Shown piece by piece: positions 8,648 to 18,175 of a DNA stretch of 64,000 bases. This stretch comes from an uncultured Alphaproteobacteria bacterium. Lineage in GTDB: Bacteria; Pseudomonadota; Alphaproteobacteria; Rs-D84; CACZYB01. The position numbers were made by a program, and so were the translations under genes. Location of the stretch: contig CALXYK010000004.1 of NCBI GenBank assembly GCA_944392955.1, positions 69,048 through 133,047 on the forward strand. The letters run 5' to 3'. The notes under the pieces are model-generated. The model did no database searches, was not told the DNA's origin, and worked only from the letters and a program-made list of their open reading frames with translations. How positions within the stretch are numbered: the stretch's first letter is position 1; each line of letters begins with the position of its first letter.

Positions 8648-10459
8648 TTAATGAAAAGTTTTATAAATTTTTTCCGCTAAATTTTTGTTAATTCCAGACA
8701 CTTTCATAAGCTCCGAAATATTTGCATTTACTATATTTTTAACACTTCCAAAATAATTCAGCAATTCCTTTTTCTTTACCATACCAATACCTTCTATCTC
8801 ATCAAGGGCGGATTTAAAATGAGATTTTTCTCTTTTTTTCCTATGAGTTGTAATAGCAAATCTATGAGCCTCATCACGAATCCTTTGCAAAAAAAATAAC
8901 ACCGGATTATTTTTAGGCAAATTTATAGGTTTCTTACCCTTTTGATATAAGGTTTCTTCCCCTGCATTTCTATCTTCACCCTTTGCAATTCCCACAATTG
9001 GAATATCTAAATCAAGATTTCGTATGATATTGTATGCAATATCTAATTGCCCTTTTCCACCATCAACTATTATTAAATCAGGCAAGGTATGCTCTTTTTT
9101 TGCATGCATATATCTGCGATTAAGCACTTCGTCCATCATTTTATAATCATCACCCACAATATCAGATTTTATATTATACTTTCTATAATTATCTTTTTGA
9201 AAACCTTTTGGACCAACAACTATCATGGCACCAACTTTATCCGTTCCAAAAATATGAGAATTATCAAAAACATCTATCCTGTTAGGTGGGGATTTTAATT
9301 CAAATAAATTTTTCAAATCTTCCATATATTGTTTATTATTGCTATTTTCTATGAATTTTCTCTCCAAATGTAATTTAGCATTCTGCACAACCGTATCAAT
9401 GATTTTTCTTTTTGCTCCTTTTTTAGGAGTTTCCAACACAACTTTTTCCCCTTTAATAACAAACAAGCCTTCCTCAATATCTTCTATATCAAAAAGATCT
9501 ATATTAGTTAATATTTTTTGAGGAATTTCATGAGCAGCATAAAATTGCTCAATAAAAGAAGTCAAAACCTCTTGATCAATAGCATCTTTTGTATGTTCTG
9601 GGAAAAAGGAATATTGAGCACATATAATAGAATTTTTTGACACCAACACCTCTATTTCAAAGACATTTTCCTTTTCAAGGATAGTTATAATATCGGTATT
9701 ACCATCCAATTCTGACAATGTACTTTTTTTCAATATTTGATTTATATAAAAGATTTTATCCCTGTAAACTATTGCTTTTTCGTAATCTTTGTTATCACTG
9801 GCTTCCCTCATTTTTTTGGAAAGATTATCTATAATCTCTTTGTTATCACCTTTTAAAAAGGAGATTGCATTATCCACCTGTCTACGATATTCTGACAAAG
9901 ATATTTTTCCACAACAAACACCTGAACATTTTTTTATCTGATATAATAAACAAGGCATTTGCCTATTTCTTAGCATAGAGTCCTTACAAGTCCTTAACCC
10001 AAAAACAGATTGTATAAGTTTTATAGTTTCATTAACCGCCAATGACGAAGGAAAGGGACCAAAAAAATAACTAGATGAATTTTTATCCCCCCTAAATTTT
10101 CCCAATTTGGGAATTTCCTCCTTTGATATAGTCAAATAAGGATAGGATTTATCATCTTTCAAAAGGATGTTATACTTTGGATTTAATTGTTTGATTAAAT
10201 CTTGCTCTAATAACAAAGCCTCATTTTCAGTATTAGTTTTTATTATTTCCATAGAAGCCGTTTCCGAAATCATTTTTTTTATTCTTTCGGACAAGCCATC
10301 AAAATCCGTATAGTTTTTGATTCTTTTATGTAAATTTTTGGCTTTTCCTACATAAAGAACCTTTCCATCCTCCGCAAACATTCTATAAACACCAGGCGAA
10401 GTCGGAGTGTTTTTATGAAAATTTCTTATAAATTCTATACCTTTTAGTTTTTTTTGCAT
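8648..10459 (-). CDS. uvrC: Excinuclease ABC subunit C
   Basis: A 603-aa protein. The N-terminal GIY-YIG region (PGVYRMFAEDGKVLYVGKAKNL) and C-terminal RNaseH-like/HhH regions are present. Length and order are typical of UvrC. Confidence 0.9.
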   Translation of the reverse strand: MQKKLKGIEFIRNFHKNTPTSPGVYRMFAEDGKVLYVGKAKNLHKRIKNYTDFDGLSERIKKMISETASMEIIKTNTENEALLLEQDLIKQLNPKYNILLKDDKSYPYLTISKEEIPKLGKFRGDKNSSSYFFGPFPSSLAVNETIKLIQSVFGLRTCKDSMLRNRQMPCLLYQIKKCSGVCCGKISLSEYRRQVDNAISFLKGDNKEIIDNLSKKMREASDNKDYEKAIVYRDKIFYINQILKKSTLSELDGNTDIITILEKENVFEIEVLVSKNSIICAQYSFFPEHTKDAIDQEVLTSFIEQFYAAHEIPQKILTNIDLFDIEDIEEGLFVIKGEKVVLETPKKGAKRKIIDTVVQNAKLHLERKFIENSNNKQYMEDLKNLFELKSPPNRIDVFDNSHIFGTDKVGAMIVVGPKGFQKDNYRKYNIKSDIVGDDYKMMDEVLNRRYMHAKKEHTLPDLIIVDGGKGQLDIAYNIIRNLDLDIPIVGIAKGEDRNAGEETLYQKGKKPINLPKNNPVLFFLQRIRDEAHRFAITTHRKKREKSHFKSALDEIEGIGMVKKKELLNYFGSVKNIVNANISELMKVSGINKNLAEKIYKTFH

Positions 10460-10465
10460 TTTTAT

Positions 10466-10494
10466 TTGATTATCATCTTTTTTTATGATATACT
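10466..10494 (+). promoter_or_regulatory. Sigma70-like promoter (TTGATT-N17-TATACT) upstream of the pilin-like gene
   Basis: TTGATT at 10466-10471, a 17-nt spacer, and TATACT at 10489-10494. An SD (AAAGGAGA) lies 8 nt before the ATG at 10551. Confidence 0.35.
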
Positions 10495-10550
10495 AACAGT
10501 AGTTAAGAAAATTATACAAGAAAATAAAAAAAATACAAAGGAGAATAATT

Positions 10551-11078
10551 ATGATATTAAGAAAAAATGATTCTGGTCGTTCCATTGTGGAAATGCTTGG
10601 AGTTTTGGCGATTATGGGTGTTATAACCGTTATGGGTATACAAGGATATTCACAGGCTATTGGAAAAATTAACCGAAATAACCTTGTAGAAGATATTACA
10701 AGAATCGCCCAAGAGGTAAGGGGACTATATGCTGGTCGTTCATCTTATAATGAAAAAGATGGCGCCGATGGTTCCGCAGGATATAATATTGGAACAAACT
10801 TACTTGCAAAAATGAATTATAAACTATCATCACCTTATGGTGGAGATTATAAAATTGAATCATTTGGAACAACAGGTAAGAACCCTGGTTTCTCTGTCAG
10901 TGTTGAAAATGTACCAGTAGAAGATTGCCTATACTTTACAACTATGGCATGGGCTGATGTTATGGAAACAACAACAGGTGTTCCTGGATCCAGTGCTTTC
11001 GCAGGAGATTCTGCACCTGCTACCGGAACAACTTGTCCTGAATCTGATACTGCTGTTATAACTCTTTATTTCAGATAG
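10551..11078 (+). CDS. Type IV pilin-like / pseudopilin protein (class III prepilin signal)
   Basis: The N-terminus carries the prepilin peptidase motif G|RSIVEMLGVLAIMGVITVMGIQGY, which has the pattern of G|FTLIELMIVVAIIG. A C-terminal Cys pair (C...C) resembles the pilin D-region loop. Local GC is noticeably higher than the surrounding sequence. Confidence 0.6.
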   Translation: MILRKNDSGRSIVEMLGVLAIMGVITVMGIQGYSQAIGKINRNNLVEDITRIAQEVRGLYAGRSSYNEKDGADGSAGYNIGTNLLAKMNYKLSSPYGGDYKIESFGTTGKNPGFSVSVENVPVEDCLYFTTMAWADVMETTTGVPGSSAFAGDSAPATGTTCPESDTAVITLYFR

Positions 11079-11092
11079 TATAAAAGGTGTAA

Positions 11093-11131
11093 AAAAATAA
11101 AATCCACTCTGTTCTGAGTGGATTTTTTTAT
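11093..11131. terminator. Bidirectional rho-independent terminator between the pilin-like gene (+) and galE (-)
   Basis: The sequence is an A-run, then AATCCACTC-tgttct-GAGTGGATT, then a T-run. It works as a hairpin on both strands. Confidence 0.65.
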
Positions 11132-11146
11132 TCTTATAAGTTCTTA

Positions 11147-12109
11147 CTAATATTTCTTATTTAATTCCCAATCCCAAGCTGTTTTTATAATAGTTTCCAT
11201 ATTCAACTTAGGTTTCCACCCTAATACATCTAATGCTTTTTGATTTGATGTATATAAAATACCAGGATCCCCAGGACGTCTTCCCTCTAATACAACGGGA
11301 CACTTTTTCCCTGTAATATCTTCGGAAATTTTAACTATTTCCCTAACACTTGTCCCTTTATTGGTTCCAAGATTTATAACACCACTAAAATCAGCAATTT
11401 TTTCAATTGCCAACCTGTGTGCTTCGGCTAAATCTTCTACATGAATAAAATCCCTAATACAGGTACCATCAGGAGTATCATAATCTGTTCCAAAAATCTT
11501 TATACTATCATTTTCACCCTTAATAGCCTTCAAAACAAGAGGGATTAAATGGGTCTCTGGATTATGAGATTCCCCTAAACTACCATCTAATGAACAACCT
11601 GAGGCATTAAAATATCGCAAAGCAATATAATTTAAACCATATGCATTTCTATAATCCTTAAATATCTTTTCAATCATCAATTTTGATTGTCCATAAGGAT
11701 TTATTGGATTTGTATTATGATTTTCATCAATCGGAGTATATTCTGGATTTCCAAATACTGCTGCCGTAGAAGAAAATACTATATTTTTTACATTATTATC
11801 CAACATAACATTCAAAAGGTTCAAAGTTCCAACAACATTATTATTATAATATTTAGATGGATTTTTAACACTTTCCGCCACAGATGCAAATGCAGCAAAA
11901 TGAATAACTGAATCAATTTTATACTTTTTGAATATTTTATCCAAGGAATCCTTATCCATCAAATCAGCCAATTCAAAATCAGCTGTTAAAACCGCCTCTT
12001 TATGTCCTGTTGATAAATTATCTGCAACAACAACATCATAACCATTCGCAATCATATTTTTCACAGTATGAGAGCCAATATACCCTGCTCCACCAACAAC
12101 TAATATCAT
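11147..12109 (-). CDS. galE: UDP-glucose 4-epimerase
   Basis: N-terminal NAD-binding motif GGAGYIGSH, catalytic YxxxK (YGQSK), 320 aa. Confidence 0.85.
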   Translation of the reverse strand: MILVVGGAGYIGSHTVKNMIANGYDVVVADNLSTGHKEAVLTADFELADLMDKDSLDKIFKKYKIDSVIHFAAFASVAESVKNPSKYYNNNVVGTLNLLNVMLDNNVKNIVFSSTAAVFGNPEYTPIDENHNTNPINPYGQSKLMIEKIFKDYRNAYGLNYIALRYFNASGCSLDGSLGESHNPETHLIPLVLKAIKGENDSIKIFGTDYDTPDGTCIRDFIHVEDLAEAHRLAIEKIADFSGVINLGTNKGTSVREIVKISEDITGKKCPVVLEGRRPGDPGILYTSNQKALDVLGWKPKLNMETIIKTAWDWELNKKY

Positions 12110-12179
12110 TTTATCTCCTTTTTCTTAATCAAATAAAATATATCAAGGCAAAGTCTATATTATTTTTCTTTCAATTTCA

Positions 12180-12794
12180 ATGAAATTTATATATACTATA
12201 ACTATGATAATTAAACGTTTTATTTCTGGCCCATTAGAGAATAATAATTACCTCGTTATTGATGAAAGTACAAACGAAGGTGTTTTAATAGATTGCAGTG
12301 AAATATCAAACAAAATAGATTCATACATAAGTAATAATAAAATCAATTTAAAATATATATTACTAACTCATGCACATTTTGATCATATATTAGGTGTGGA
12401 TTTTTTCAGACAAAAATACAAACCTTCTGTCTTCCTTCATAAAGATGATAAAGATTTATTAAATATGCTTAACACTTTCATTCCTAAGGCAAAAATTCCA
12501 ACTATTGATACATTTTTTGATGAAAATTTACACTTACAAATTGGAAATATAGATATAAAGATAATACACACGCCTGGACATAGTAATGGTAGTTGTTGTT
12601 TTTTAATAAAAGACAATCTTTTTTCAGGGGACACCCTATTTTACAAAGGATACGGAAGAACAGATCTTCCATTTGGAAATGAAAATAATTTATTCAAAAG
12701 TTTAACCAAACTTTTTTTACTTCCAAACGAAACAAAGGTATTTCCCGGTCATGGCTTTGAAACCAGTATAAAACAGGAAAAGTCTATTTACTAA
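12180..12794 (+). CDS. MBL-fold metallo-hydrolase (glyoxalase II / beta-lactamase-like)
   Basis: The HxHxDH motif (THAHFDHILG) plus downstream His and Asp ligands (HTPGHS, GDTLF) are present. Confidence 0.7.
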   Translation: MKFIYTITMIIKRFISGPLENNNYLVIDESTNEGVLIDCSEISNKIDSYISNNKINLKYILLTHAHFDHILGVDFFRQKYKPSVFLHKDDKDLLNMLNTFIPKAKIPTIDTFFDENLHLQIGNIDIKIIHTPGHSNGSCCFLIKDNLFSGDTLFYKGYGRTDLPFGNENNLFKSLTKLFLLPNETKVFPGHGFETSIKQEKSIY

Positions 12795-15700
12795 AATAAA
12801 TAATTAATCCCTAACATAAATTGATTATTTTTATATTCTTCTTTGAAATCTGAAAAATATTTGAAATAAACATTAAAAGATGAATAAAAATCTAAATTAA
12901 GGTTTAATCCAACTGAATATTTATTTTTATAAATAGGCAAAGATTCAGAAATAAAGTCCAGATTCGTATTTTCAAAAGAGGCATTTAGTTTTACATTGTT
13001 ATCCGAAATCAACCTAGCATAAGAAATAAATAATTCTGGCCTCAAAGCAAAAGTCTCAAAATATTTTACAAAACTTACATTAAACGACACTGGAAGCTGA
13101 GCAATAAAAAAATCATCACTATCTATACATCTATTTAATCCCCCTGCTTGTGTCTCGCAAAAATCATCTGCTCTTACATATGAAATATCCGTTCCAATAC
13201 TAGGATACAAATTAAACTCATTCCAACTAAATAAATATCCCAAAGAAAAATAAGTATTTACTAAATTATTTGTAAAATTGGATTTTGCCACTAAATTAGA
13301 AGGCAATCTTGAAAAATCATACTCTGCACTACTAATAAAACTTGCAAATCCGAAACCATAATTTACAAATATTTTATCAAATTTTTTTGCTCCATACAAG
13401 GTCATATTATAAACATCTGTATCTACATCTAATATATTATCATTTGTTAAAAACGAAGAATTTCCTATAACAAAAGAAACTCCTAAAATATTATCATCAA
13501 ACATTTTATCAATACCAAAACTTACACCATTAAAATCATTTTTAAACCCATCAAAATCTCGAATATCATTTTGTGTAACATTAGAAAAAATAGGATAAAT
13601 CCAAAATCCGTTTTTATTTTCTCTTACATTTTCTAAAAAATTTGTCCTTGTTTTAGCAGGATTCAGTAAAAAATAATTCAATTCAGGAACAAATGATGAG
13701 AAAGTAGCATATTTTTCAACAGATAAATCATCTAAAACATATTTAAGTTGCCCAACAGAATCTACACCTGTATAGATAAAATTTATTGCATCATTTAATT
13801 CCATTTCTAAATTAAAATCATCATATAAATCATCTATTAAATTTGCAACTTGATACTCATTATAATTTAAACCTGCCACATCATTTATTTTCAGCAACGA
13901 AGGATTAACTATTATATACAAAACATGTTTTCCTGCATATTCTCCTTCTGTTTCCAATACCCACTGAGCAGTGTAATTTGTAAATAAACTATTTGTCAAA
14001 TCTAAGTGCTGAGATATACTAAGCGGATTATTGGTATCTTCTGAATCCGCAACTAAAATTGGGAATTTATTGCTTACTCCATCAATAATACGAGCATCAG
14101 AAACAGCCGCTATATAAGAATTTTCATTAAAACTAACTTTGCCACTAACAATAATTTTAGATTCAGCAGATGGCGAAAATGTCGTAGTCTGAGGGGATAT
14201 AATCGCTAAATAGCTTCCACCATTTTGTAAACTAAGATTTCCATCAATATTCAATATACTATTTATATTAGATGTTATATATCCACCATTACTAACATTA
14301 ACAGAATTTCCATTTAAGTTTATATTTCCATTTCCAAATAATAGTCCATTAACCATAATATCATTATCTGTATCTACAATAGCATTATCATATAACCCTA
14401 AAAAAGATCCTTCTAAAACATTTAATGTATTGGCATACAAAGAAGTATTTTGAACTTCAAGATTTCCTTTTGAACTTTTATCAAATATAGTTTGAGCAAA
14501 ACTATTTCCAACATTCAAAGTTCCCTCCACACTAAACGGCTGACTAAGTATCAATTTTGCATCATCAACAATATTAAACGAACCATTACCTGATAAATAA
14601 ATGCTTTCTTGTGGTTGCATATTCGCTCTTAAAAAAATACTTCCATTGTTCACAATGTTCTGAGCTAAAAAATTCCTCCACATAGAATTATCCTCAGACA
14701 TTATGTCCACAACAGCACCATTTGAAATAGATATATCCCCAATATCATACGAAATCCCAGGTATAGTATTCAACCCATAATAGAAGAAATAAGTTTGATC
14801 AGTAATATTTGTTCCAATATTATAAACAGAATTTGGGGCAAAAGTTAACCTTCCCCCATCATTAATATATACTTGCCCTGCATTATTAAATACAGAACCA
14901 ATATATAACCAACCTCCATCATTTATATTCAAGTTTGCATTATAAAAAGAAAATACGACATCATCTGATGAAGATAAAATAGAAAACATAGCACCATCTT
15001 CTATGGTTAAATTTTGATTTCTAAAATCCATCAAAACACTACCTGACAAAGAATTTACGACAAATTGTTTAAACGAAGCACTATTGCCAACTTCATAAGA
15101 ACTATTTCCAATCATATTTAAATCAGAAACGCCATAAGGATTTAAAAATAAAATTCTACTTAATTGACTACTACCATCATTTTCAATAATAATATTTGAT
15201 AATAAATTTTGCATAAAATTACTTGAAGATAAATTAAGTATATCTGAATATTGATTCAAAAAGATTTTACCAGTTTCAGAAGAAACATAAGAAGAAGCAT
15301 CTTCAAAAATTAAATAAGATCTATCATAAGGATAACTACTACCGCCAGTCAAAGATATACTACCATAATTTTCTAACAATGCTGTATCAAAATTTTCTAT
15401 CGCAGATGGATATGTATCATTGTAAACATCAGAAGCAGAAGATACAACATTTATATTTCCATATACATTATTTCTTAATAAAGAATAGGAATATAAATGA
15501 GAGTCTATCAAATTTAAATAAGAATTCCCGATGCCTCCATTTTCGTTTCCTATTATAAAACTTGTATCAGAGCCTAAAAAAATTTGCCCTATATTCCTAC
15601 TGGATAATTTATTACCATTCATATTCAAAACTGCCTGATTTCCAATTGACGAATATAAAAACACTTTTCCAAAATTAGATAAAGAAATTAATCCCCCCGG

Positions 15701-15931
15701 AACAACATTTAAATAAGTATTCAAACTACTATCTATCTTATCTTGAAATAGCAAAGTCCCATCATTTGTAATAATAAGTCCATTACTAGAAGGCATCTCT
15801 CCAACGCCACTTCCATCATTACTAATATAAGTAAGTGAACTATTAATAACAGAAGGCAATTGTGTATCTGCACGACAAATTTCTGAAAATGCTACCAATG
15901 CCAACAATAAAATGTACCTTAAATATTTCAT
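12791..15931 (-). CDS. Autotransporter (type Va) outer-membrane protein with a large Asn/Gly/Ser-rich beta-helical passenger
   Basis: A 1046-aa protein. The signal peptide is MKYLRYILLLALVAFSEICRA. The passenger region is repetitive (NxGxI/L-type beta-helix). The C-terminal ~280 aa has alternating hydrophobic beta-strands and ends in ...GINYLF, a terminal aromatic typical of beta-barrels. Confidence 0.7.
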   Translation of the reverse strand: MKYLRYILLLALVAFSEICRADTQLPSVINSSLTYISNDGSGVGEMPSSNGLIITNDGTLLFQDKIDSSLNTYLNVVPGGLISLSNFGKVFLYSSIGNQAVLNMNGNKLSSRNIGQIFLGSDTSFIIGNENGGIGNSYLNLIDSHLYSYSLLRNNVYGNINVVSSASDVYNDTYPSAIENFDTALLENYGSISLTGGSSYPYDRSYLIFEDASSYVSSETGKIFLNQYSDILNLSSSNFMQNLLSNIIIENDGSSQLSRILFLNPYGVSDLNMIGNSSYEVGNSASFKQFVVNSLSGSVLMDFRNQNLTIEDGAMFSILSSSDDVVFSFYNANLNINDGGWLYIGSVFNNAGQVYINDGGRLTFAPNSVYNIGTNITDQTYFFYYGLNTIPGISYDIGDISISNGAVVDIMSEDNSMWRNFLAQNIVNNGSIFLRANMQPQESIYLSGNGSFNIVDDAKLILSQPFSVEGTLNVGNSFAQTIFDKSSKGNLEVQNTSLYANTLNVLEGSFLGLYDNAIVDTDNDIMVNGLLFGNGNINLNGNSVNVSNGGYITSNINSILNIDGNLSLQNGGSYLAIISPQTTTFSPSAESKIIVSGKVSFNENSYIAAVSDARIIDGVSNKFPILVADSEDTNNPLSISQHLDLTNSLFTNYTAQWVLETEGEYAGKHVLYIIVNPSLLKINDVAGLNYNEYQVANLIDDLYDDFNLEMELNDAINFIYTGVDSVGQLKYVLDDLSVEKYATFSSFVPELNYFLLNPAKTRTNFLENVRENKNGFWIYPIFSNVTQNDIRDFDGFKNDFNGVSFGIDKMFDDNILGVSFVIGNSSFLTNDNILDVDTDVYNMTLYGAKKFDKIFVNYGFGFASFISSAEYDFSRLPSNLVAKSNFTNNLVNTYFSLGYLFSWNEFNLYPSIGTDISYVRADDFCETQAGGLNRCIDSDDFFIAQLPVSFNVSFVKYFETFALRPELFISYARLISDNNVKLNASFENTNLDFISESLPIYKNKYSVGLNLNLDFYSSFNVYFKYFSDFKEEYKNNQFMLGINYLF

Positions 15932-16153
15932 TCTTCCTCCCTAAAAAAATTATAAGAAAAGAAGAACAAAATACAACAATACAAAATTCCTATTGTAAAA
16001 AGCTTTTATTTCACCAAATTTTATTCAAAAATAATTAAAATTTTTAACTTAGGTTTAATTTAACTTACATCAGCATTTAAATTAACATTTATATATTACA
16101 AAAAAATCGCAAAACATCTGATTTTAACGTTTTATATTGTAATACAATTAAAA

Positions 16154-17572
16154 TTAAATATCTAATAACAACTTGTCGCTTATAATTTTATAAAAAGATA
16201 TTGACAACATAACTTTCTTGTGAATAAGACTACTGTAGGTTTCAAGACCCCCAGATTTGTTGCTGGAAGGTGTTTTCTTGGAACCTATTTCTTTTTGATT
16301 ATAAGACATTGGAATTAAATGTCTAGTAGCAACCTTATCAAGGAAGAAGTGAGCCATTTCGTGAGGTAGTGTTCCAAAGTTAAAGTTAGAACCTAGTACT
16401 ATTGCTTTTAATTCAGAATCAAAGAAGCCGTTTGCATTTTGATTTAGAATAGTGTCTTCTAAATTATTGTTGACATTAGTGTCTTGTGCTTTTGATAATT
16501 CTTTTATCCTATTTTTAATAGAATCACCAATTTTTAAATTAATTGTATTGACTTCTGTTTCTTTTGATTGTATATTAAAGTTATCAGCCCCTGATAAAGT
16601 GTCTTTGACGCGTTCGGGGGTTGTTTTAACTCTTACATTATATAAATCCAAGATGTTTTTATCTTGTCCTTTTACTTGTTCTGTTGCAAGTTCTACATCA
16701 TAATTTTTACCATTTATAATTATTGGACTTTTAAAATATATATATTTATCTATATTTGCTTTATGTTCTAAAGTTTCTTTTCTTGTATTATGTGATAAAT
16801 CTACATTTTCTTCATTTGTTTTAGTTGCATTATTTATTATTTTTTCAATACTATTAAGTGATGTTTGATGTCGTCTTTTTTGCCTATTATTTAATTTAAC
16901 ATTAGAGCGAATAACGTGTGCTTTATTTCCATCTGTAATTTGTATTTGTAAAGGTGGAGTAGATGTATCAAGAGGTTTTCCTATAAGTTCGTTGATATAC
17001 TTTTCAATATCTTTTTCTGTAATATTACCATCTTTAATATTTTTAAATTCTTCAGAAAGGTCTACTACATTACTACTTACTTCTCCTACTTCTTCTTGAA
17101 ACAGTATCTTTTCTACTGTATTGTCTACATCATTAGTATTCATAAAGACTGACTTAAGGTCCTTATCTGTAATTACTCCATCTTTGATTAAGCCGTCTGT
17201 TATAGAACTTTCTTGTAGAGTTTGAAGTGCTATATCTCTTTTTGTAAAAGAAATATTTTTTTTATTTTCTTTACGGCTCAATTTATCAACATAATTTTCT
17301 AAAAATTCTTGAGTTTGAACATCAGAACCGAATGTAAAAGCATAAAGTAAAGCATTAACATTTGTATCATTACCTACAACCATTGAAAAGTTTTCTTTGT
17401 TTGTATTTGGTAGTTTTGTTAAAACTTGTTGGAGTTCTTTGTTTAAATCTGTCTTTTTACCAATACTTACAATATCAGGAATGTTTGCTATGATATTTCT
17501 TTTTGCTACCGGTATTCTGTCTTCAAGTACTAAACTTTGATATAATGTTTTATTTTTAAGGATATTCGCCAT
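16154..17572 (-). CDS. Signal-less 472-aa protein with a C-terminal HExxH zinc-metallopeptidase-like motif (HEMAHFF); candidate secreted effector or toxin
   Basis: There is no signal peptide. The middle is long and charged. The C-terminal block GTLPHEMAHFFLDKVATRHLIP carries HExxH. Two DNA segments of this gene (16308-16334 and 16425-16485) recur in the upstream intergenic region (see pseudogene). It lies between an autotransporter and tRNA-Leu. Confidence 0.55.
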   Translation of the reverse strand: MANILKNKTLYQSLVLEDRIPVAKRNIIANIPDIVSIGKKTDLNKELQQVLTKLPNTNKENFSMVVGNDTNVNALLYAFTFGSDVQTQEFLENYVDKLSRKENKKNISFTKRDIALQTLQESSITDGLIKDGVITDKDLKSVFMNTNDVDNTVEKILFQEEVGEVSSNVVDLSEEFKNIKDGNITEKDIEKYINELIGKPLDTSTPPLQIQITDGNKAHVIRSNVKLNNRQKRRHQTSLNSIEKIINNATKTNEENVDLSHNTRKETLEHKANIDKYIYFKSPIIINGKNYDVELATEQVKGQDKNILDLYNVRVKTTPERVKDTLSGADNFNIQSKETEVNTINLKIGDSIKNRIKELSKAQDTNVNNNLEDTILNQNANGFFDSELKAIVLGSNFNFGTLPHEMAHFFLDKVATRHLIPMSYNQKEIGSKKTPSSNKSGGLETYSSLIHKKVMLSISFYKIISDKLLLDI

Positions 17573-17599
17573 AACTGCATTTGTTCTTCTAGTTATTGC

Positions 17600-17968
17600 A
17601 GTTGCCGTTTGCGTTTTGATTTAGAATAGTGTCTTCTATATTATTGTTGACATTAGTTTTTAATTCATTTATTATGAAATTAAGACCAGAGAGGGTGTCA
17701 GTGGTATCATTTGATACTGAGCCAAAATTACTAGAATCTGACGCAGGCACTCTGGCTTTTTCTATTTTAAAAGCACTAGTTATTTTATTTTGACCACCAC
17801 TTTGAGTTATTATAAATCTGTATGATGTATCATTGTGTATTGTTTCTAAAACAATATTTTTATCTCCATAATAGTTTTTTCTATTTGTAATTTCTCCATA
17901 AACAATATTATCTAAACTATTTATAGCATTTTATTATAACATATTGGAATTAAATGTCTAGTAGCAAC
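17600..17968 (-). pseudogene. Decayed, rearranged paralog fragment of the adjacent HExxH-protein gene
   Basis: Segment 17607-17660 is nearly identical to 16425-16485 (gccgtttgcNttttgatttagaatagtgtcttctaNattattgttgacattagt). Segment 17944-17968 matches 16310-16334 (ggaattaaatgtctagtagcaac, encoding VATRHLIP). On the minus strand the ~100-aa open frame ...TDTLSGLNFIINELKTNVNNNIEDTILNQNANGNCNN* parallels the gene's DTLSG...TNVNNNLEDTILNQNANG but has no start codon. The two matching segments sit in inverted order compared with the intact gene. Confidence 0.5.
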
Positions 17969-18084
17969 ACATAATTTTCAAACAAAATAAACACTATCAA
18001 TTATCCCTTATAACACAATCCCGAAACACAAAATTTATTATATAAACTAATAGAAATAAAATCGAAAAATCAGAGATTTTGAAA

Positions 18085-18175
18085 TGGTGCAGATGGCCGG
18101 AATCGAACCGGCACGGGCGTTTGAATGCCCGAGGGATTTTAAGTCCCTTGCGTCTACCTGTTCCGCCACATCTGC
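18085..18175 (-). tRNA. tRNA-Leu (anticodon TAA), long variable arm
   Basis: The reverse complement reads GCAGATG-TG-GCGGAACAGGTAGACGC-A-AGGGA-CTTAAAA-TCCCT-(long V-arm CGGGCATTCAAACGCCCGTG)-CCGGTTCGATTCCGG-CCATCTGC-A-CCA. The anticodon loop CTTAAAA gives anticodon TAA. Confidence 0.85.
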
